Assembly: GCA_965213925.1 (NCBI GenBank)
Contig: OZ243927.1
Coordinates: 3,136,001 to 3,200,000, forward strand
Direction: 5' to 3'
Length of the DNA stretch: 64,000 nucleotides
From: Trueperaceae bacterium
GTDB taxonomy: Bacteria; Deinococcota; Deinococci; Deinococcales; Trueperaceae
A program made the position numbers and the translations under genes. Shown in pieces: positions 11,094 through 21,239 of this stretch (within the stretch, counting starts at the first letter, position 1; every line of letters begins with the position of its first letter). Under the pieces are notes generated by a model. The model saw only the letters and a program-made list of their open reading frames with translations, did not search any database and was not told the origin of the DNA.

Positions 11094-11168
11094 CTCACTG
11101 TTCGTTCCTTTCGCAGCTTGCGAAAACTCCGTAAACGGAGACCGCGTAACCAGCTCGACTGGATTGCT
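11094..11168 (-). repeat. Short dispersed repeat, copy 2, embedded in heptamer-like CATTGCT repeats
   Basis: Reverse complement reads AGCAATCCAGTCGAGCTGGTTACGC...GAACGAACAGTGAG, with a longer internal hairpin region than copy 1. Confidence 0.75.
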
Positions 11169-11359
11169 CATTGCTTTGAACTCATTGCTTTCTAACCTAT
11201 GAAAAACCTTACAGCGCAAGAGCGGACGCGGAGCACCCTCCCAACTGAGCATTCACCTCCCATTTTGCGCCCTAAAATCCTGGTACGCTAGCACCAGAAG
11301 TGGGGCCGATATCCCACCGAAACACTCGGCTATATCGCGTCTCGATTCTTAGAAGCGTG

Positions 11360-11373
11360 AGGACATATGTCCT
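11360..11373. promoter_or_regulatory. Candidate operator upstream of the act operon
   Basis: Perfect 14-bp palindrome AGGACATATGTCCT, with a related GGACAAATATGT about 12 bp downstream. Confidence 0.35.
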
Positions 11374-11678
11374 GTTTGCGCAGGGGGACAAATATGTTAC
11401 GTTTGTCGTAGCCTCATACACGTGTGGCAGCACAAAACGAACGAGCAGGCAAGAGGGGTATAGACGCTGAGAGTCCGCCTCGCGGAATTCTCATAGTTGA
11501 GCAGAGGAGGCTCTAAGCTGCGCAACCTAGACAGGTACGTAAAATTCTCCATTCTTTTTCGCCATCCTCCTGAGGGTTCGGCTGCTTTTGCTTTTTCTGC
11601 AAATGGCACATCAGACAGTAACGTTATACGCGAAAGGTTTTATTTTATGAATCATCCAAGTAAGGGTAAGGAGGTCTA

Positions 11679-12332
11679 ATGCCTCAGCACTTCCCCCCCA
11701 ACGCGAACTCGTTCGCCAAGTGGAGCATCATCGGCGGCGTGATTTTTATCCTCGTGCTCGCCACGGCGCTTACCGCGTACGCGAGGACGACGCGCAACCG
11801 CGTGGGCGTACCCGTCGCGCAGCCCGTCGGCTTCCAGCACTCGCTCCACGCGGGCGAGTTGGGCGTCGACTGCCGCTACTGCCACAACTCCGTCGAAGTG
11901 GCCGCGTACGCGAACGTGCCTCCCACCGAAGTCTGCATGACCTGCCACTCGCAGATTCGCGTGGGCGCACCGCAGCTCTCCGCCGTCTACGAATCGTGGG
12001 AGACGGAGACGCCCATCGAGTGGAACAAGGTCCACGACTTAGCGGACTTCGTCTACTTCAACCACAGCGCGCACATCAACAACGGCGTGGGTTGTAACCA
12101 CTGCCACGGGCGCGTGGACCAGATGTCGGCGATCTGGAAAGAGGAGCCGATGACGATGGGCTGGTGCTTAGAGTGTCACCGCGCACCGGAGAAGTACGTG
12201 CGTCCCAAAGAAGAGGTCTTTAACCTCGCCTATGAGCCGCCTACGAACCAGCTCGAGCTAGGACGCAGTTTGGTCAAGAGCTATCACATCAACGCAGACG
12301 CGATGGCGAACTGCTCGTACTGCCACAGATAA
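11679..12332 (+). CDS. actA: Alternative complex III pentaheme cytochrome c subunit
   Basis: N-terminal TM helix; five CxxCH motifs (CRYCH, CMTCH, CNHCH, CLECH, CSYCH); first gene of the operon. Confidence 0.9.
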   Translation: MPQHFPPNANSFAKWSIIGGVIFILVLATALTAYARTTRNRVGVPVAQPVGFQHSLHAGELGVDCRYCHNSVEVAAYANVPPTEVCMTCHSQIRVGAPQLSAVYESWETETPIEWNKVHDLADFVYFNHSAHINNGVGCNHCHGRVDQMSAIWKEEPMTMGWCLECHRAPEKYVRPKEEVFNLAYEPPTNQLELGRSLVKSYHINADAMANCSYCHR

Positions 12333-12342
12333 TGGACGCTTT

Positions 12343-15300
12343 ATGGATGAATTGAAAACACCTAACGATCCTCTAACCACACCCGGCGCAAGGCTGGACA
12401 TGGCCGAAATCCGCGAGAAGTTGGCGAACAAAAAAGGGCAAGCCTACTGGCGGAGTTTGGAAGAACTCGCCGAGACGCCCGAATTCGACGAATTCATGCA
12501 GAAAGAGTTCCCGCGTCAGGCTGCGCCGATGGTCAGTGGCGTGGACCGCCGCGACTTCATGAAGCTCTTGGGCGCGTCGCTCGCGCTCGCCGGGCTGACC
12601 TCTTGCGTGCGTCCCTACCGCCAAGAAAAGATCGTTCCCTACGTCAAAGCGCCCGAAGAACTCATCCCCGGTGTACCCGTACACTACGCCAGCGCCCTCA
12701 CGCAGGGTGGCTTTGCGAAGGGCGTTTTAGTCGAAAACCATCAGGGACGCCCCACCAAGATCGAGGGCAACCCCGACCACCCCGCGAGCTTGGGCGCAAC
12801 GGACGCCATCATGCAAGCCGCCACCCTCGCGCTCTACGACCCGGACCGCTCGCAGATCACGATCAACAGCGGTAACCCGAGCACCTATACCGACTTCATC
12901 GAGACCTTGACCGGGACGCTCGGCGGCATCGGTAATGGCGCGGGGCTGCACATCCTCACGGAGACCATCACCTCGCCCGTGATGGCGGAGCAGCTCGCGC
13001 AGGTCTTGCGCACCTATCCGCAAGCGCAGTGGCATCAGTTCGACCCCGCCTACAGCGACGGCGCTCGCCAGGGTGCGCAACTCGCCTTTGGCGAAGATGT
13101 GCAGACACGCTACGACTTCTCGAAGGCGAACGTCGTCTTCTCGCTCAGCGCGGACTTTTTAGGCACGGGCGAGGGCAAGCTCAACTACACGAAGGGCTTC
13201 TCGCAGAAGCGGCGCGTACGCAGCGCTGAAGACGACATGAACCGCGTCTATGTCGCCGAGAGCACGCCGTCCATCACGGGCAGCATGGCGGACCACCGCT
13301 TGGCGCTTGATACGCGCGGAATCGAGCAGTTAGCTCGAGCGGTTGCCTCCCAACTCGGCATTTCGGTAGGCGAAGCGGCGAAACCCGAACACGTACCGGC
13401 TGAGTGGCTGAGCGCTTTAGTCGAGGACTTACAAGGTGCGCAAGGAAGCAGCGTCGTCGTGGCGGGTGACGAGCAGTCACCGATGGTGCACGCGCTCGCC
13501 CACGCAATGAATAACGCGCTCGGCAACGTCGGGCAGACGGTCATGTATACGGACCCCGTCGTGGCGCGCACGGACAATCAGCTCGAGTCCCTTCGCGTTT
13601 TAACGGAAGCGATGGCCGCAGGCGAGGTGCAAGCCTTACTCATGATGGGCGGCAACCCCGTCTACAACGCGCCAGCAGATTTGAACTTCGCCGAAGCCTT
13701 GTCCCGCGTGCCCCTGAGCGTTCACTTAGCGCCTTACTACGACGAGACCTCGGTTCGCAGCACCTGGCACGTGCCCATCACCCACGAGTTGGAGATGTGG
13801 AGTGACGCAAGAGCCTTCGACGGCACCGTCACCATCATTCAGCCACTCATCGCACCTTTCTATAACGGCGTCTCGCCCCACGAATTCCTCTCCGCCGTGC
13901 TGGGTCAGCCCGACACAGCGGGCTACGACATCGTCCGCAGCTTCTACCAGGAGCGCACTGAAGGCAACTTCGACGTGTTCTGGCGCGACGCGATGTACCG
14001 GGGCGTGCTGCAAGGGACGGCGGCTCAGCCTAAAGAGGTCTCTATCCAGGGAGATTTCTCAGGGCAAAGCGCCCGAGCTGGGGGCGAAGGTTTAGAGGTT
14101 ACTTTCCGCCTCGACCCGAGCGTTTACGACGGGCGCTACGCCAACATCGGCTGGCTCCAGGAGTTACCGAATCCCTTCACCAAACTCACTTGGGACAACG
14201 CGGCGTTCATCAGCCCCGCGCTAGCCGAGCAGCGCGGCTTGTCGAACGACGACGTCGTGACACTCACTTTCGAAGGTCGCAGCGTCCGAGCGCCGATCTG
14301 GATCATGCCCGGTCAGGCGGAAAACGTTGTGACCCTTCACTTGGGTTATGGGCGCGAGAACGTCGGTCATATCGGCAACGGCGCGGGTTTTAACGCCTAC
14401 TTGCTCCGCACGACGGGCACGCCTTGGAACGGTCAGGGCTTACAGATGGAGCCGACCGATGAGCGCTACCAACTCGTCAGCACGCAGATGCACCACGCGC
14501 TGTTCGAAGACGGCGTCGAGGCGCGTCACATCGTTCGGCACGGCACCCTAGCCGACCTTAAGGCGCACCCCGAGCACCCCGAGTTCGTCCACCCTGTCGA
14601 GCACCACGACTACGACCTCTACGCCGACTACAGCTACCCCGACCACGCCTGGGGCATGGTCGTGGATATGAACACCTGCACGGGCTGTAACGCCTGTGTG
14701 ACCGCCTGCCAAGCGGAGAACAACATCCCCATCGTCGGCAAGCAGCAAGTCGCGGTCGGGCGCGAGATGCAGTGGATTCGCGTGGACTCGTACTACGGCG
14801 GCTCCTTCGACGACCCCGAGTTCTACCACCAGCCGATGATGTGTCAGCACTGCGAGCAAGCGCCTTGCGAGCCCGTCTGTCCGGTCGGCGCGACCGTCCA
14901 TGACCACGAAGGTCTAAACGTGATGGTCTACAACCGCTGCGTCGGCACGCGCTACTGCTCGAACAACTGTCCCTACAAGGTGCGCCGTTTCAACTTCTTG
15001 CAGTACGCCGAGTTAGAGGAGACCTCGCTGGCGATGCTCCAAAACCCCAACGTCACCGTGCGCAGCCGCGGCGTCATGGAAAAGTGTACCTTCTGCATCC
15101 AGCGCATCAAGATGGGCACGCTCAATGCGAGCAACGAAAACCGCGAGATTAGCGATGGCGACATCGTTACAGCGTGCCAGTCGGCGTGTCCGGCGGAAGC
15201 CATCATCTTCGGTGATATCAACGATTTGGAGAGCCAAGTCGCGAAGGACAAGGCGTCGGTCCTCAACTACGGCGTCTTGACCGAACTCAACACGGTGCCC

Positions 15301-15372
15301 CGCACGACCTACCTTGCGAGAGTCAGAAACCCCAATCCTGCGCTTGTCAGCGCCGAGTCAGGAGCGCACTGA
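12343..15372 (+). CDS. actB: Alternative complex III molybdopterin-oxidoreductase-like/Fe-S subunit
   Basis: YWRSLEELA; twin-arginine DRRDFMKL..LAGLTSC; GRPTKIEGNPDHP; C-terminal Fe-S motifs CTGCNAC..C, CQHC..APC..VC, CVGTRYCSNNC, CTFC. Confidence 0.93.
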   Translation: MDELKTPNDPLTTPGARLDMAEIREKLANKKGQAYWRSLEELAETPEFDEFMQKEFPRQAAPMVSGVDRRDFMKLLGASLALAGLTSCVRPYRQEKIVPYVKAPEELIPGVPVHYASALTQGGFAKGVLVENHQGRPTKIEGNPDHPASLGATDAIMQAATLALYDPDRSQITINSGNPSTYTDFIETLTGTLGGIGNGAGLHILTETITSPVMAEQLAQVLRTYPQAQWHQFDPAYSDGARQGAQLAFGEDVQTRYDFSKANVVFSLSADFLGTGEGKLNYTKGFSQKRRVRSAEDDMNRVYVAESTPSITGSMADHRLALDTRGIEQLARAVASQLGISVGEAAKPEHVPAEWLSALVEDLQGAQGSSVVVAGDEQSPMVHALAHAMNNALGNVGQTVMYTDPVVARTDNQLESLRVLTEAMAAGEVQALLMMGGNPVYNAPADLNFAEALSRVPLSVHLAPYYDETSVRSTWHVPITHELEMWSDARAFDGTVTIIQPLIAPFYNGVSPHEFLSAVLGQPDTAGYDIVRSFYQERTEGNFDVFWRDAMYRGVLQGTAAQPKEVSIQGDFSGQSARAGGEGLEVTFRLDPSVYDGRYANIGWLQELPNPFTKLTWDNAAFISPALAEQRGLSNDDVVTLTFEGRSVRAPIWIMPGQAENVVTLHLGYGRENVGHIGNGAGFNAYLLRTTGTPWNGQGLQMEPTDERYQLVSTQMHHALFEDGVEARHIVRHGTLADLKAHPEHPEFVHPVEHHDYDLYADYSYPDHAWGMVVDMNTCTGCNACVTACQAENNIPIVGKQQVAVGREMQWIRVDSYYGGSFDDPEFYHQPMMCQHCEQAPCEPVCPVGATVHDHEGLNVMVYNRCVGTRYCSNNCPYKVRRFNFLQYAELEETSLAMLQNPNVTVRSRGVMEKCTFCIQRIKMGTLNASNENREISDGDIVTACQSACPAEAIIFGDINDLESQVAKDKASVLNYGVLTELNTVPRTTYLARVRNPNPALVSAESGAH

Positions 15373-16763
15373 TGGCTGTTAAAACTCCGGAGGGGCGTAA
15401 CAAGCCCGTAGAGACGGACCGCGTGATCGCCCCGGGGATGACCTACGGCAAAGTTGACGACGTCGTCAATAAGCCTATCCTGAAAGGTCCCTTTGCCACG
15501 CCGATCTGGTGGTTTTTAGGCTTCGGGGTCGCTTTTACACTGCTCATGGTCTACCTCTACTCGATCACCACGCTCATCATTCGCGGCACGGGTATCTGGG
15601 GCAACAACGTCCCGGTGGCTTGGGGCTTCCCGATCATCAACTTCGTGTGGTGGATCGGGATCGGGCACGCGGGCACGCTCATCTCGGCGATTTTGCTTCT
15701 GTTCCGCCAGGATTGGCGCACGTCCATCAACCGCTTCGCGGAGGCGATGACGCTCTTCGCGGTTGCGTGCGCAGGTCTCTACCCGATTCTCCACTTAGGG
15801 CGTCCTTGGGTCTTCTACTGGCTCGTCCCTTACCCGAACACCTTTGGGCTCTTTCCGCAGTTCCGCAGCCCGCTCGACTGGGACTTCTTCGCGATTTCGA
15901 CCTACGCGAGCGTTTCGCTGCTGTTCTGGTACATCGGCTTGGTGCCTGACTTGGCGACCATGCGCGACAGCAGCAAAAACGCCTTTACGCGCATCTTTTA
16001 CGGGACGCTCTGCTTAGGCTGGCGCGGCTCGGCAAAGCATTGGCAGCGTTACCAGCGGGCGTACTTGCTCCTGGGCGCACTTTCGACGCCGCTCGTGTTA
16101 TCCGTTCACAGCACCATCGCGATGGACTTCGCCGTGGCGCAGATGCCAGGCTGGAACAACACGATCGCGCCGCCTTACTTTGTTGCGGGGGCGGTTTACG
16201 CGGGGTTCGCGATGGTGCTGCTGCTCGCGATTCCGCTACGCTACGTGTTCGGACTTCAAGGGCTCATCACTAAAAAGCACCTGGACAACTGCGCCAAGGT
16301 CATGTTGGCAACAGGACTCATCGTCTGTTACGGCTATATGATCGAGGTCTTCATCGCTTGGTACTCGGGCGCAGAGGTCGAGCAGTACATGATCGTCAAC
16401 CGGATGTTCGGCGAGTACGGCTGGGCGTTCTGGGCGCTGATTTTCTGTAACTTTGCGTGCATCCAGCCGCTCTGGTCTAAGCGCATTCGCAACTCGCAGA
16501 CCGCGCTCTTTATCATCTCGCTCATCGTCTCGGTAGGGATGTGGCTCGAGCGTTACGTCATCATCGCGATCAGCTTGACCCGCGACTGGCTCCCCTCCTC
16601 CTGGGACGTGTACAACCCCACCGTATGGGACTGGTCCTTATACGTCGGCTCGTTCGGGCTCTTCCTGACCTTGTTCTTCCTCTTTATCCGCTTACTACCG
16701 TCGATTGCTACAAGTGAAATCAAAGAGCTGGTTCACGAGGATCAGCACGCGGGGGAGCACTGA
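15372..16763 (+). CDS. actC: Alternative complex III NrfD-family quinol-binding membrane subunit
   Basis: NFVWWIGIGHAGTLISAIL, WRTSINRFAEAMT, HLGRPW, FRSPLDWDFFAISTY. Confidence 0.93.
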   Translation: MAVKTPEGRNKPVETDRVIAPGMTYGKVDDVVNKPILKGPFATPIWWFLGFGVAFTLLMVYLYSITTLIIRGTGIWGNNVPVAWGFPIINFVWWIGIGHAGTLISAILLLFRQDWRTSINRFAEAMTLFAVACAGLYPILHLGRPWVFYWLVPYPNTFGLFPQFRSPLDWDFFAISTYASVSLLFWYIGLVPDLATMRDSSKNAFTRIFYGTLCLGWRGSAKHWQRYQRAYLLLGALSTPLVLSVHSTIAMDFAVAQMPGWNNTIAPPYFVAGAVYAGFAMVLLLAIPLRYVFGLQGLITKKHLDNCAKVMLATGLIVCYGYMIEVFIAWYSGAEVEQYMIVNRMFGEYGWAFWALIFCNFACIQPLWSKRIRNSQTALFIISLIVSVGMWLERYVIIAISLTRDWLPSSWDVYNPTVWDWSLYVGSFGLFLTLFFLFIRLLPSIATSEIKELVHEDQHAGEH

Positions 16764-17320
16764 TGGCGACACACGCACTGTCCGAGCAAGAACTTCAGAC
16801 GTACGGCATGGTCGCAGAGTTCAGCACGCCCGAAGCGATCGTCGAAGCGGCGGATAAAGCCAGAGAAGCGGGCTACACCGAGATGGAGGGCTACACGCCC
16901 TTCCCGGTCCACGGGCTCGACGAGGCGCTCGGCTTCGAAAACACGAAGTTAGGCTGGGTCGTCTTGATCATCGGCGGCTTGGGCGGACTTGCGGGCTTCT
17001 TCATGTGCTGGTATGCCAACGTCGTGTACTATCCCCTCAATATCGGCGGTAAGCCCTTGAACAGTTGGCCTAACTTCGTGGTCATCACCTTCGAATGCGC
17101 GGTTCTTTTCTCGGCGTTCACAGCAGGGCTTTTCATGCTCGCCCGCAACGGGCTGCCGCAGCCCTACCACTCGATTTTCAACACGCCGAACTTCGAGGCG
17201 GCGAGCCGCGACAAGTTCTTTTTATGCATCGAAGCGAAGGACGAAAAGTTCGATCCCGAGGAGACGCGGCGCTTTTTAGAGGAGATGGAACCCGACCGCG
17301 TCTCCGAGGTTGAGGTATGA
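16763..17320 (+). CDS. actD: Alternative complex III subunit D (DUF3341-type)
   Basis: YTPFPVHGLDEALG, YPLNIGGKP, ITFE; two TM helices; operon position. Confidence 0.9.
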   Translation: MATHALSEQELQTYGMVAEFSTPEAIVEAADKAREAGYTEMEGYTPFPVHGLDEALGFENTKLGWVVLIIGGLGGLAGFFMCWYANVVYYPLNIGGKPLNSWPNFVVITFECAVLFSAFTAGLFMLARNGLPQPYHSIFNTPNFEAASRDKFFLCIEAKDEKFDPEETRRFLEEMEPDRVSEVEV

Positions 17321-17940
17321 CGATGACAAGATACGTTTTACTCTTAGCGGCGTTCTGTCTGCTTCTAGCGGGCTGCGGGCGCAACATGTACGACCAAGAG
17401 GGCAAATACGAAACTTACGAGACGAGCGACCTCTTTGAAGACGGCACCTCGTCGCGCCCGCTCATCGAGGGCACCGTGACGCGCACACGCGGCGACGTCA
17501 ACGAGGCGTTCTTTACGGGGCAGGACGAGAACGGCCTCTTGACTGAGTCGCCGATTCCAATCACCGAAGAGACGCTCGCGCGAGGTCAGGAGCGCTACAA
17601 TATCTACTGCTCGCCCTGCCACAACTTCAACGGCAACGGCATGGGCATGATCGTGCAGAAAGGCTTTGTGCAGCCGACCTCGTTCCACGAGCAGCGTCTG
17701 CAGCAGTCCCCTATCGGTTACTTCTACAACTCGATCACCAATGGCTTCGGGCGGATGTACTCGTACGCCTCACGCATCCCCCCCGAAGACCGCTGGGCGA
17801 TTTCGGCGTACATCAAAACGATGCAGTTCAGCCAGTACGCCGATCCTGCGAACCTGCCTGAAGATGTGAGAGGTCAGTTGGAGCAGTCCCAGGCACAAAT
17901 GCAGCAGACCCAAACCGCACAAGAAGGGGGTCAAGAGTGA
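17317..17940 (+). CDS. actE: Alternative complex III monoheme lipoprotein subunit
   Basis: Lipobox LLAGC; single CSPCH; RGQERYNIYC, ITNGFGRM, DRWAI. Confidence 0.9.
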   Translation: MTMTRYVLLLAAFCLLLAGCGRNMYDQEGKYETYETSDLFEDGTSSRPLIEGTVTRTRGDVNEAFFTGQDENGLLTESPIPITEETLARGQERYNIYCSPCHNFNGNGMGMIVQKGFVQPTSFHEQRLQQSPIGYFYNSITNGFGRMYSYASRIPPEDRWAISAYIKTMQFSQYADPANLPEDVRGQLEQSQAQMQQTQTAQEGGQE

Positions 17941-19115
17941 GTGACGACCTCGCTTCACGCTTCACGAACTATCAGCGCATCGCGCTCATCACGGGCGTTG
18001 TCGGCTTAGGACTCCTGGCGTTCGGGGCATTTTTGAACCCCCAAGGCTTCTTCGAGTCCTACTTGTACGGCTTCCTCTTATGGCTCGGTCTCTCTCTAGG
18101 CTGCTTTTTCATCCTGATGCTCCAGTACGTCGCGGGTGGTCCGTGGGGCACGATGGTGCGCCGCCCGATGGAGGCGGGCATCATGGTCTTGCCCGTCATG
18201 GCGCTGCTGTTCGTGCCGCTGCTGTTCGGGATGGGCTACCTCTACGAATGGACAGACCCGGAAGTGGTCGCAAGTAGCACCTTCTTGATAGAAAAGACCG
18301 AATACCTCAACGTGCCCTTTTTCATCATCCGCAGCGCCATCTACTTCACCATTTGGGTGGGCGGTGCGTTCCTGTTTACACGCTGGTCGCGCAAGCAAGA
18401 AGAGGGCGCGGACATCTTCCAGTTTTTGCGCAATGTGAGCGCCCCCGGCATCATCATCTATATCTTGACGATGACCTTTGCCGCGATCGACTGGGGCATG
18501 TCCCTCACGCCGGAGTGGTTTTCCGGGATGTACGGCGTGATTTTTATGATCGGGCAGGCGCTCTCGGCGATGGCACTCGCGATTTTCATCACCGTGCTCT
18601 TTAGGGACCGCGAACCCTTTTCCAAGGTCTACAACGCCAAGCGTTTGCAGGACTTGGGCAACTTTTTAATGGCGTTCACCATGTTCTGGGCGTACGTGCA
18701 GATGTCGCAGTTCATCATCATCTGGTCGAACAACGTGGTGGAAACGGCGAGTTGGTACGTCTACCGTACCGACACGCAGTGGATATGGGTCTCAGCCTTC
18801 CTGCTCTTGTTTCACTTCTTCGTGCCCTTTTTAATTCTCTTCTCCCGCTGGGTCAAGCAAAAAGCGCGGGCGCTCATCTGGGTCGCCGCGTGGATGGTCT
18901 TCGCGCGCTTAGTCGACGTCTTCTGGATCGTCGTGCCCGCCTTTGACCGCGAAGGCTTCCCTCTCTTCTGGACGGACTTCGCCGCCGTAATCGGCATCGG
19001 CGGCATCTGGCTAGCCGTCTTCTTCTACCGCATCAAGCAGCGCGAAATTCTGCCGACGAAAGACCCGCGCGTTCAGAGTGCCTTGACGGGCATGGAAGCA
19101 GCCGCACATGACTGA
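17937..19115 (+). CDS. actF: Alternative complex III membrane subunit F
   Basis: Polytopic; YLNVPFFIIR, DWGMSLTPEWFSGMYG, DLGNFL..FWAY..SQFIIIWS. Confidence 0.9.
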   Translation: MSDDLASRFTNYQRIALITGVVGLGLLAFGAFLNPQGFFESYLYGFLLWLGLSLGCFFILMLQYVAGGPWGTMVRRPMEAGIMVLPVMALLFVPLLFGMGYLYEWTDPEVVASSTFLIEKTEYLNVPFFIIRSAIYFTIWVGGAFLFTRWSRKQEEGADIFQFLRNVSAPGIIIYILTMTFAAIDWGMSLTPEWFSGMYGVIFMIGQALSAMALAIFITVLFRDREPFSKVYNAKRLQDLGNFLMAFTMFWAYVQMSQFIIIWSNNVVETASWYVYRTDTQWIWVSAFLLLFHFFVPFLILFSRWVKQKARALIWVAAWMVFARLVDVFWIVVPAFDREGFPLFWTDFAAVIGIGGIWLAVFFYRIKQREILPTKDPRVQSALTGMEAAAHD

Positions 19116-20211
19116 TAACAATCAAGACGAAAAGAACAACGAAAGCGCGTACGACGAGCGCGAGGATATTCCCAATGAGATGGACCGCGAGGACGCCTCT
19201 GCTGAAGAACTCAGGCTCCAAGGAGGCGAAGTTCTCTCCGCCGACGAGACGCTCAGTCGCGAAGAGGACAACGCCCGCATTGATAGCGAAGAGCTGCGCC
19301 GCGAAGTCGAGGGCGGCGAGGGCATCGAGCTTGAGGACCCGCCGGAGCGCGACTACGCCATCAGTTCGAACATGGTGCGTAACCTCTTCATCGGCTCGGG
19401 CATCGGCGCGGTCGTCGTCATCGTGGTGATCCTGACGCTCACCTCTGCTATCGACCAAGCCCGCTACACGCCCGCCGACGAAACGCAGTATCAGCGCACG
19501 CTCACCTCTGCGACGCAAGAATTGAGCGGCTACGCGCAAAATGAAAACGGACGCGCGAGCATTCCTATAGAGCAGGCCATCGCGATTACTGCCGAGCGGG
19601 GCTTGAACGAGATCAACGCGGAACTGGGCGTGCCGACGCCGCAAGCGGGTCAGGGACAAGCGGCGCAGAGTCAGCCGACTCAGCCTGCACAGAATCAGGC
19701 AGAGGGGCAAGAGAACCAGCAGGCGCAACCGCAGCAGCAAGGTGAGACGCAGCAAGCAGCGCAAGATGCGGGGCAAGGAGCGAGTCAGAGTGAGCAAGGC
19801 GGCGGAAACGCTGTACCCGAGGTTCTCACCGCCGGCGAGAGCGTCTTCACCACAAACTGCGTATCGTGTCACCAGGCGGATGGTCAGGGCATCGCGGGCG
19901 CGTTCCCCAACCTTGCGAACCACGTGCCCGACCTCTACAACGCTGACAGAACGTACCTCATCAACGTGCAGCTCTACGGCCTGCAGGGGCAGATTCAGGT
20001 TGACGGACAGAGCTATAACGGCGTCATGACCGCCTGGGCGCAACTTGAGGACCAGGAGATCGCCGACGTGCTCAACTACGTTTCGACGGCGTGGGGTAAC
20101 AACCAAAACCTGCAAAACTTCGAGCCCTACACCCCCGAGCAGATTGCGGCGGAGCGAGATAAAGGGCTCAGCTCGAGCGACGTCTACAGCCAACGGCCAA
20201 ACCTGCAGTAG
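19108..20211 (+). CDS. ActG-like membrane protein fused to a c552-like monoheme cytochrome c
   Basis: Acidic N-terminus, one TM helix, RASIPIEQAI (ActG-like), Gln/Ala/Gly-rich linker, then CVSCH..GQGIAGAFPNLA..YGLQGQIQVDG..YNGVM. Confidence 0.75.
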   Translation: MTDNNQDEKNNESAYDEREDIPNEMDREDASAEELRLQGGEVLSADETLSREEDNARIDSEELRREVEGGEGIELEDPPERDYAISSNMVRNLFIGSGIGAVVVIVVILTLTSAIDQARYTPADETQYQRTLTSATQELSGYAQNENGRASIPIEQAIAITAERGLNEINAELGVPTPQAGQGQAAQSQPTQPAQNQAEGQENQQAQPQQQGETQQAAQDAGQGASQSEQGGGNAVPEVLTAGESVFTTNCVSCHQADGQGIAGAFPNLANHVPDLYNADRTYLINVQLYGLQGQIQVDGQSYNGVMTAWAQLEDQEIADVLNYVSTAWGNNQNLQNFEPYTPEQIAAERDKGLSSSDVYSQRPNLQ

Positions 20212-20249
20212 ATTTGTAAAACGCTAAAATCAGCAGACGAGAGAGGTGG

Positions 20250-21216
20250 CGAAGTTCGCCACCTCTCTCGTAGGAGCAGCTCGAGCCTCCTGCCAGACTG
20301 GAAAGGGTTTTCGTTCCCTACCACGTCCCCAGCACGCGCTGGAATTCGGTCATCACCACGGCTCGGGTCGTGCTCGGGCAAGGCCTCCAAACTCGCCTCC
20401 CACAGCTCCAAATCTTCCTCCAACCGCTTAGACAGATCGAGACCCCGTCTCAGAGAGTTCTCTAAGGCCGACTTCACAGCGTGCCAGGGCGTCTTTCGCA
20501 GCGTCCTGACGTCCGAGTAAAAGGTGCGCCTTTGCGAGATACAAACAGGCGGAGACCAGATGGTCACCCTTGAGTGCTGCAGCGAGTTCGTCGCACGTCT
20601 GCTCGAGGGGCGCGACCGCCGCCTCCGGCTCCGTGAGCGCGAGGACCATCCCATAAGAAAGTCTCGCGTAAATGCCCGCCTGCACCGGTACGTCTTGCAG
20701 AAAAAGGTAATGCTTGCGGGCTAACGCGCCCGCCCTCTCCACCTCGTTGTTGTGGAGAAGACTCTGAACGGCGTTGTAGAGAAAGTAAGGCAGCACGTTC
20801 CAGCTCTGCGAGGCGAGTTGGTCTTCGAACAGCGCCAGGTTTTGGAGGTAATTCGCCGAGGCAGCCTCGGTTTGCCCCTGCGAAAGCCAATAGTCGCCCA
20901 ACGTCGAGCGAAAGCCGCTGGCTCTTTTGGGAGAGGCGACTCCAAGCGCTTCGACCTCGCGCTCCAGCACGTCGCGCAGCCCTACCGTCTCGCCGATGAG
21001 GATGCGGGTGTACGCCAAGTTGGAGAGCGTATGGAGCCTGAGCTGCCAGTTGCCCCCTTTCGCCGCGCCGAAAATTGTCAACGCTCTTTCCAACCACGAG
21101 ACCGCTTCGCGATATCCGCCGAGCAGCCCGAGGGGAAACGCGACCATCATCGTTGCGCTGGCGCGTTTAAGAGGATGTGACGTCGTTTCGGCGAGCAGGG
21201 TAAGCTTGCGGAGCAC
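20250..21216 (-). pseudogene. Fragment(s) of a TPR-containing regulator-like protein, 5'-truncated
   Basis: TPR-like helices (TLSNLAYTRILIGE, STLGDYWLSQGQTEAA, LVSACLYLAKAHLLLG); no RBS or credible start; the 3' end runs into another protein-like frame (EEDLELWEASLEALP). Confidence 0.5.
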
Positions 21217-21239
21217 GGTTAGACCTTTCTCCGGGTTTC

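Noticed and set aside
19033..20193. 386-aa antisense ORF over the ActG-cytochrome gene, and the many other shadow ORFs
   Set aside because: These lie opposite or out of frame with well-supported genes and have no motifs; expected in GC-rich DNA.
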